Origin: a virus
Reading direction: 5' to 3' (one strand)
IMG/VR virus record: IMGVR_UViG_3300021405_000007
Location: 32,001-96,000 of that record
DNA: 64,000 nucleotides
In this document: positions 58,901-64,000 of the stretch, piece after piece
Layout: each line of letters opens with the position of its first letter
Numbering within the stretch: the stretch's first letter is position 1
The notes under the pieces: generated by a model
What the model saw: only the letters and a program-made list of their open reading frames with translations
Database searches by the model: none
What the model was told of the DNA's origin: nothing
Translations under genes and position numbers: made by a program

Positions 58901-60579
58901 CAACCATCTTCCCAACAGCATCTACCATCTCAAAATGGGATGCACATATTAATCTAAGCGCTAATTCTTTTCTTTCTGGGTATGCAACCACAACTAGCTC
59001 TTTAACTCCTTTAGTTTTAACTGTTTCAAGTGCTTATAGGCAATATATCACAGGAAGTGTCGCTCAAACTGTAACTTTACCTATAGTTAGTACTTTAACT
59101 ATAGGTCAAGAATTTGAGATCGTTAATCTAGCGTCAACTTCTATAACCGTTGAATCTTCCGGATTGAATACCGTTCAAACAATGGCGGCTAATACAGTTG
59201 CTCGTTTTACTGCAATTTTGACGACCGGGACGACCGCAGCTTCATGGGCTGTTAAATATGGTTATTTATCGGGCGGTTCAGTAAACTCCGTCGCTTTATT
59301 TGATGCTAGTACAATTCCTATATATGGAGTTTCTGGAAGTCCGATCACGGCTGCAGGCACATTAGATTTAACTCTCGTCAATCAATCTGCTAATCAAGTG
59401 TTTGCAGGTCCTACAAGTGGGGGAGTAACCCAACCAGCATTTAGAGCTTTGGTAGCAACTGATATTCCAAGTCTCTCCAGCACTTATGTAACCCAAGCAG
59501 AGGTTGGTGCAGTAAGTGGTGTTGCCCCCTTAGATGTTTCTGGAAAAATTCCAATAGGTTACTTACCCTCCAGTGTATTTGAATACCAAGGTGCTTGGAA
59601 TCCTACAACTAACACTCCTACCTTAGTGGACGGAACTGGTCAATCTGGGTATACTTATTGGATTTCTGCAGCTTTTGCAGGCCCTATTTCTGGACTAAAT
59701 AACTCCTCAATGATCAACTTCCAAATTGGAGATTTGGTCATTTACAATGGTTCACAGTGGGAGCTTACGACTCCCGCAGCGGGTGTGACTTCAGTTAATG
59801 GCGCACAAGGAGCAGTAACGGTTAATGCTATTAGTCAGTTAACAGGGGATGTAACTGCGGGGCCAGCTTCGGGATCTGCTTCAGCCGCTGCTTCAGTGGC
59901 AAAAATTCAAGGAACTGTAGTAAGCGGCACCACGGGTAGTGGGAACGTAGTATTTTCTGCTTCTCCGGTTTTAACAACACCTACTATTACGATCAAAGAC
60001 AATGCATTAACCCTTGAAAATTCAACGGATACTACTAAACAAGCTTTATTTAGCTTAGTTGGCATCACGACGGGGCATACCACAACTTTAGCCGTTCCTG
60101 AAGTTAACGGCACTGACACCTTAGGTCTGATTGCTTTAGCTCAAAGCCCCACCAATAAAACCTTTGATGCTACCAGCTTTTTCCCAACGATCTCAGAACA
60201 AATGATAGCTGGACAAAGCTTCTCAGCTAATACGATATATGCTGTCAGACTTGGGCAAGGGGGGCAAAGTGAAACAGTCGGTAGAATTTATGCCGCAGAT
60301 CCAAGTGTTTCTGGCGGTGTGAACAACTATTTTGCAATCGGGTTGATATATCCAACTGGAGCGATCTCTGCAGGCGGTTCTGTAAATGTTGTAAAAATGG
60401 GCTTGATAAATGTGGGTGCCTCAACTTATACTTCTGGCCAAACTGGAACTCCCTTATATTTGACTACTTCTGGCGCTGTAACTTTGACTAATCCTGGTGC
60501 TACAGACGTTTTAACGATTAGAGTGGGGATAGTTAGAGATACTGCAAAAATAGAAGTTCAAATTTTAGGGTGGTATTAA
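55921..60579 (+). CDS. Large tail fibre/baseplate appendage protein
   Basis: 1552 aa; DAATKGYVD, VTSVNG..G.V, Y.G.WN...N.P.L fibre motifs; poly-Gly hinge. Confidence 0.75.
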   Translation: MAILQRLLEHSQQRFDLEDLNTILSALRSDSKYWQLLFNAQTSYVVAGFEISSSSIGQSSINIVLDSSILLNPNNSTDFSWFAGFSGASPINVGIEAGALVIGRNYVELQLSTIDSVPLQRAFWDPTANSGAGGEFQQQVNTTTELQVQVVVNQTAFHVSNPDLIPLAIVDVNSSALISGILDQRNLFFRLGTKDTPTLGWTWNTQIEPPTTLTFVMNSSPAFDAGETITFTSGATAVLETGGTNNIQATSFSGLNFALGDTVTGLTSGATGTLQSFYESFVGADKDILNLKEMLNALMTEIRTLKGTPYWYSQSVAPTTPGLLDFINTIPVPLTAGAKYEWDGSNLAISDAATSGQSSADQIAALRIPGKSGTFILSRQDGTVSTSEIAIGDGQILFIILPSDLTTSRTYSGIGTASTNFQVIARNSFVATDKTHWLAYREGSRLITHGFGQMVAGQEMSIDAGGGGGGGGVQEFIPFRLYENVPNTSVLNIGPSVNTDDVSGKKSAVSRNPPNTSDFLGGTISFPTTSGNNATPSVGSAVRIDIQSSFYLKVLIAVDLSGNIVIVPGVQASSLSAAKLPAFPYGAFSIGYIVLVNTAGVISLISQTNIYQFADLGHFEDGNNGGGNVYKEDVDVVSSPSGNDQMAPISSPPVTVTIPKDTNLYLGTGLEARVTSSSSTVQVSKSNHGLTTGDLVTIITASAIGGITGGNLSQTATACTVIDSNNFSYVAGAAGTYNDYGTLDATFANTTRHFIVGDRTLVVYLNGVEQRNGIDYSEFGTFGLSSNQIIWLTTIVVGDLVTYEIVRVGGLTILQNGSPVATGTLQESYNNGQSIVTESGAPVVISGPSGQKLLHVAGNVQIDGVIDPTAITFTPQSSNPLSSGQQGIWFDSSNAMHTYDGTTDTNTNASFVKINGSNPFTGPQSMGSNKLTNVATPTVSSDAATKGYVDGLAISALIGDVSGTGPGSTSTTVNSVGGSSASNIHSAEQAANAATIFPTASTISKWDAHINLSANSFLSGYATTTSSLTPLVLTVSSAYRQYITGSVAQTVTLPIVSTLTIGQEFEIVNLASTSITVESSGLNTVQTMAANTVARFTAILTTGTTAASWAVKYGYLSGGSVNSVALFDASTIPIYGVSGSPITAAGTLDLTLVNQSANQVFAGPTSGGVTQPAFRALVATDIPSLSSTYVTQAEVGAVSGVAPLDVSGKIPIGYLPSSVFEYQGAWNPTTNTPTLVDGTGQSGYTYWISAAFAGPISGLNNSSMINFQIGDLVIYNGSQWELTTPAAGVTSVNGAQGAVTVNAISQLTGDVTAGPASGSASAAASVAKIQGTVVSGTTGSGNVVFSASPVLTTPTITIKDNALTLENSTDTTKQALFSLVGITTGHTTTLAVPEVNGTDTLGLIALAQSPTNKTFDATSFFPTISEQMIAGQSFSANTIYAVRLGQGGQSETVGRIYAADPSVSGGVNNYFAIGLIYPTGAISAGGSVNVVKMGLINVGASTYTSGQTGTPLYLTTSGAVTLTNPGATDVLTIRVGIVRDTAKIEVQILGWY

Positions 60580-60590
60580 TTAAAAATGAA

Positions 60591-60599
60591 TGATAAAAT
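60591..60599 (+). promoter_or_regulatory. Extended -10 (putative late) promoter
   Basis: TGATAAAAT before 60623. Confidence 0.5.
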
Positions 60600-60622
60600 A
60601 TATAAAAATTAAGAGGATTTAG

Positions 60623-62590
60623 ATGTCAGCTTCATATACCCGCGTGGATTTACGTCAGACAATTGAGAGAGACCTTCTTCAATCAGCAACTGCTCAATCA
60701 GGTAGCTTAGGGGATTCTGTTGCAAGAGGTTTAGACAAAGAGGTAACCCGGCCGTATTACTTTACCGTAACGGGCTCCTCCAGAGTACTGACGGTTGCTG
60801 GTGCTGGCTTGATTACAAATGCTGAGAGTTCAGTTTCTCATGCAAACCCAGCCATTGTTGGCGTTGTTGATCCGCGCACAACTTCTTTCACAGTTACTTT
60901 TCCTTCGGCCAGTGCTGGAACTGCAACAAGTTCAATTACAATTGATTCGGGTTCAACTGTAACGGTTTCATCTAACAACTATATAAATGTAGGCGTAAAT
61001 CTTGCCCCTACTGGAAACATAGCTTTAACTTACGGCACCCAAAATACCGTAGCTGCTTCTGCTACTGCTCCAGCGATACCAGCGGGTTATTTAGGAATTG
61101 GCTACGTTCAACTATTTAATAATGCCGGAGCTATTGCTAATTTAGCTAACTCTTCTTTAGTACATTACCATGCTTCTCGCTACAGTGAATATCTAGCCAC
61201 AGTAAAAACTGTAGCAATTTCAGGTAGTACTACTTTAACGGACAATGCTCTTCACTTCGTTGATACTACAGTTGGAAGGTCTTTAACTTTACCGGCACCT
61301 TCAAAAAGTTCTTCTATCATAATAAAAGATTCTACTGGTAATGCAGGTACCAATAGCATTAGCATATTGCAGCATGCTTCTGAAAATATAGAAGGTGTTG
61401 CAGCTACTTACGTTTTCTCGGTAGGTAATGGTGCTCTCCATTTAACGAGCGATGGCACCAACTGGTTTATCACAGATTCTTGGGTGGGTGTTCCGGTTAG
61501 CACATCCCTAGCTCAGTTTAACGTACCGATAGGTAACTCAACTTCGATATATACTGCAACAAATACCAATCTTTTGGGTACTATATCAGCAAAAACATCT
61601 AGCGCAACTGTTACCATGACGAACGCGAATCCCGGCGTTGTAACTCAAACAGCGCACGGAGCTTCTACGGGTGACACTGTTTACTTCATGACGACCGGAG
61701 CATTGCCGACCAACGTACCAGCCTCTACGACTTTTTGGATAACTAAAATTGATGCTAACACTTACAATATATCCTCTAGTTTAGAGAACTTGTATGAAGG
61801 TGTGTACGTCAACACGACTTCGGGCGTACAATCAGGGGTTCAAACAGCGTTCTTGGGTGGTTTAACTTTAAAAAGCCTTCCTACTGCAAACCCTGCTGCT
61901 GCTGATGGCGCGGTAACGATGTCAATAGCAAGTGCTCCAGTTCAAGTAATAACCCCCACCGTCAATAGAACTTACACACTTCCTACGACCGGCGTTTTAG
62001 CTGGCATGAGTTATACTTTCATCAATAATTCAGCGGTAAGTCTTTCAGATATAAAGATTTTAGTTAATAGTTCAGCTGGCGGTTTGGTGAGAACTATATG
62101 GTCGCAAACATCGGCTAAGATAACAGCTTTAAAAGACACTCCCACACTATCGACTGACTGGATCTGCGAGACTCCTGCTATATCAAACTGGACAATTTTT
62201 AGTCCAGTGTTTACTGGTTTTGGGACGGTTAGTTCGTCAAACCTCTATTACCGTAGGTATGGTGATTCGATTCAAATAAGGGGCTCTTTCACTGCAGGTA
62301 CGGTAACCAGTGCTACCGCTAGTATTTCTTTACCAAACAGCTATACTTCTGCTTCAACTATGACGTCTGGAGACTTATCAGGGACTTGGACTCGAAGTGC
62401 CGCAGCGGGTGCAGCACAAGCTGATAACATAATACTGGGTGCTAGTGTGGGTACCTTTGCTTTCGCCTTTTTAACCACAGCTGCAGGGGGTTTAACTCCA
62501 CAAAATGGTAACGTGCTTATCGGAAATGGTGAAACTGTGAGTTTATTTCTGACGGCACCAATTTCGGGTTTTACAGCGGTTGGCGGATAA
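60623..62590 (+). CDS. Tail fibre protein
   Basis: LTLP.P.....I.IKD..G.A....I.I, SDGTNW; C-terminal YRR.GD.......F..G...ISLP domain. Confidence 0.75.
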   Translation: MSASYTRVDLRQTIERDLLQSATAQSGSLGDSVARGLDKEVTRPYYFTVTGSSRVLTVAGAGLITNAESSVSHANPAIVGVVDPRTTSFTVTFPSASAGTATSSITIDSGSTVTVSSNNYINVGVNLAPTGNIALTYGTQNTVAASATAPAIPAGYLGIGYVQLFNNAGAIANLANSSLVHYHASRYSEYLATVKTVAISGSTTLTDNALHFVDTTVGRSLTLPAPSKSSSIIIKDSTGNAGTNSISILQHASENIEGVAATYVFSVGNGALHLTSDGTNWFITDSWVGVPVSTSLAQFNVPIGNSTSIYTATNTNLLGTISAKTSSATVTMTNANPGVVTQTAHGASTGDTVYFMTTGALPTNVPASTTFWITKIDANTYNISSSLENLYEGVYVNTTSGVQSGVQTAFLGGLTLKSLPTANPAAADGAVTMSIASAPVQVITPTVNRTYTLPTTGVLAGMSYTFINNSAVSLSDIKILVNSSAGGLVRTIWSQTSAKITALKDTPTLSTDWICETPAISNWTIFSPVFTGFGTVSSSNLYYRRYGDSIQIRGSFTAGTVTSATASISLPNSYTSASTMTSGDLSGTWTRSAAAGAAQADNIILGASVGTFAFAFLTTAAGGLTPQNGNVLIGNGETVSLFLTAPISGFTAVGG

Positions 62591-62974
62591 TGAAAAAGGT
62601 TGATTATAAAACCCACAATAAAGATCTCATCGAACGAATGAAGAAAGGTGAATCTTTACTAAAGTACGATACTGGAGCAAGTTGGTACCCTGTTAGGCCT
62701 GTAATAAAAAAAGATGTGAACGCCATCAAAAAGTTGTATGATAAAAAAGAAGTAGATGAGGAGATTGTAATAGATGGTGAAACTAGAGGAAGTTAAAGAA
62801 ACTCAGAAAATAATAAAGAGACGAGCTCCTGCTCCGAGTCTTTATGATTTAACTCCTAAATTAATGGAAAAACTTGAAATTAAATCTCCTTCCGAACTAT
62901 TTTTTATTATAGATAGACTTAGATATTTATGGGTTCAAGATAAATTATCTACTTATGAGTTTCCAGAAGAATAG
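62590..62974 (+). CDS. Two small hypothetical proteins (62590..62796, 62774..62974)
   Basis: Overlapping ORFs after the tail fibre gene. Confidence 0.45.
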
Positions 62975-63073
62975 ATTTTTTTGCGACAACAAGTCAATTA
63001 TTCCCTTTAATATTAGGTTGATATAACTACTATATGTTGCCCGTTTCTATTTTTACCTTCGACAACATAGCGA

Positions 63074-63283
63074 CTACTCAAAGTTAAAACCCAAATCCCT
63101 CATCCACTTGGTGGGAGCCTTAAGTCCCACCACTGCATAAACATCTGTAAATAACGACAAAACTTCTTGATCGGTATATTTTGGGACGTTTGACTGTACT
63201 TGCAAGCCATATGCCAAAAATTTGTCTTTATATACTGGTATTTGCGCTTCTTGTTCTGGGGTTAGGGTTTCTAAAACTGTCAT
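63074..63283 (-). CDS. Short/truncated protein with DUF6745-protein-like N-terminus
   Basis: LTPEQEAQIP.Y..K....GL...Y...GL..P; AAGGA RBS. Confidence 0.45.
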   Translation of the reverse strand: MTVLETLTPEQEAQIPVYKDKFLAYGLQVQSNVPKYTDQEVLSLFTDVYAVVGLKAPTKWMRDLGFNFE

Positions 63284-63326
63284 ATTAATTCCTTTTGTTA
63301 AGTCTCTCTTTACTCTCTTGAACTAC

Positions 63327-63353
63327 CTATCGGCATATTTATGAAAAACTTTA
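63327..63353 (-). promoter_or_regulatory. sigma-28-type promoter
   Basis: Reverse strand TAAAGTTT-N11-GCCGATAG upstream of 63283. Confidence 0.85.
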
Positions 63354-63374
63354 GGGATGAGATTTTTTTAAATT

Positions 63375-63677
63375 TCAAGTGTCGAAAATAATTGATTTAT
63401 CTTCTACTTGATCCCTTACTTGATCCCTTACTTGATCCCTTATTTGAACATTTGTCCTAGTCTCCCTTTTATATTTTCTTATTTTAAGAATTTCACTCAT
63501 TATCTCACCCTCCGTTTGATCTCTTACTTTACGCCACACCAACTCTCTTATTTGATATCTTGTTGTATTCCATATTTTCTTAATCACTTGAACGTTTACT
63601 TCACTGCTTACTCCATCCTTAATTTGTTTCAATGCCTGATTGACCGGCTTATCTCTTATTGTAATGATTTCATTCAT
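63375..63677 (-). CDS. xxQV tetrapeptide-repeat protein
   Basis: QIRDQVRDQVRDQVED; GGAG RBS before ATG 63677. Confidence 0.5.
   Translation of the reverse strand: MNEIITIRDKPVNQALKQIKDGVSSEVNVQVIKKIWNTTRYQIRELVWRKVRDQTEGEIMSEILKIRKYKRETRTNVQIRDQVRDQVRDQVEDKSIIFDT
63405..63440 (+). repeat. 12-bp tandem repeat x3
   Basis: TACTTGATCCCT x3 (RDQV on the minus strand). Confidence 0.85.
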
Positions 63678-63852
63678 TTTCTTCTCCATTTTGGAGAAAA
63701 TCAAGCATGTTAAGGTATGCCTCTTCTAGTCCAGCTTCATAGTCTTCACTATAGAGGTTTTTTGCCTCTCGAAGTTTTGAATTTATAAACTTTATAAGCT
63801 TCACTTTTTCTAAATCAACGATTTTATTTTTCATAGAAATTCTCTCCCTCAT
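63670..63852 (-). CDS. Hypothetical protein
   Basis: Overlaps the next start; YEAGLEEA motif. Confidence 0.45.
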   Translation of the reverse strand: MRERISMKNKIVDLEKVKLIKFINSKLREAKNLYSEDYEAGLEEAYLNMLDFLQNGEENE

Positions 63853-64000
63853 TACATACTTAACCAGAATGTAAAAATTAGACTTATCAACATTGATCCA
63901 AATACTAGCCCAAATAGGGGATTAAAGTATTTGCTAGGCATAAGACTTGCTCCATGATATCCTGTAATACCTGCAGTTAGTATAATTGTTAAAACTGTTA

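Noticed and set aside
262-62616. Numerous short opposite-strand or alternate-frame ORFs in the track (e.g. 262-955, 16678, 28653, 38343, 44209, 58761, 62341)
   Set aside because: Shadow ORFs overlapping well-supported genes; no RBS or protein-like motifs.
1-64000. CRISPR array, tRNA/rRNA genes, diversity-generating retroelement, integrase
   Set aside because: No regularly spaced repeats, cloverleafs, reverse transcriptase or recombinase motifs recognised by eye; tRNAscan/Infernal not run.

Overview
64 kb segment of a large, AT-rich dsDNA myophage with SPO1/Herelleviridae-like morphogenesis genes: scaffold, major capsid, neck, sheath, two tube paralogues, chaperones, tape measure, baseplate and fibres. 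Accessory islands (about 2.7-12.1, 19.2-19.6, 32.6-42.0 and 62.6-64 kb) interrupt the virion genes. They carry small membrane proteins, an HNH nuclease, an NRAMP-family transporter, a DEDDh exonuclease, peptide deformylase, a 2OG-Fe(II) oxygenase, ThyX and a probable class II ribonucleotide reductase. The most striking feature is a two-tier promoter code. Accessory cassettes are preceded by near-perfect flagellar sigma-28 (FliA/SigD) promoters (TAAAGTTT-N11/12-[G/A/C/T]CCGATA; 7 good and 2 weak sites). Virion genes are preceded by extended -10 motifs (TGnTAWAAT) with no evident -35. The phage also encodes an RpoD-like sigma with intact -10/extended -10 regions but a degenerate -35 helix. This suggests a phage that starts expression on the host's FliA (e.g. 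a motile or attack-phase cell; a Bdellovibrionota-like host is only an inference) and then switches to its own sigma. Other highlights: a 903-aa candidate head polyprotein punctuated by capsid-protease-like K|S/A sites, a 1.55-kb oxygenase cassette flanked by an exact 26-bp direct repeat, and a DUF1778-antitoxin-like motif next to def. All calls are from reading the sequence; no database searches were run.
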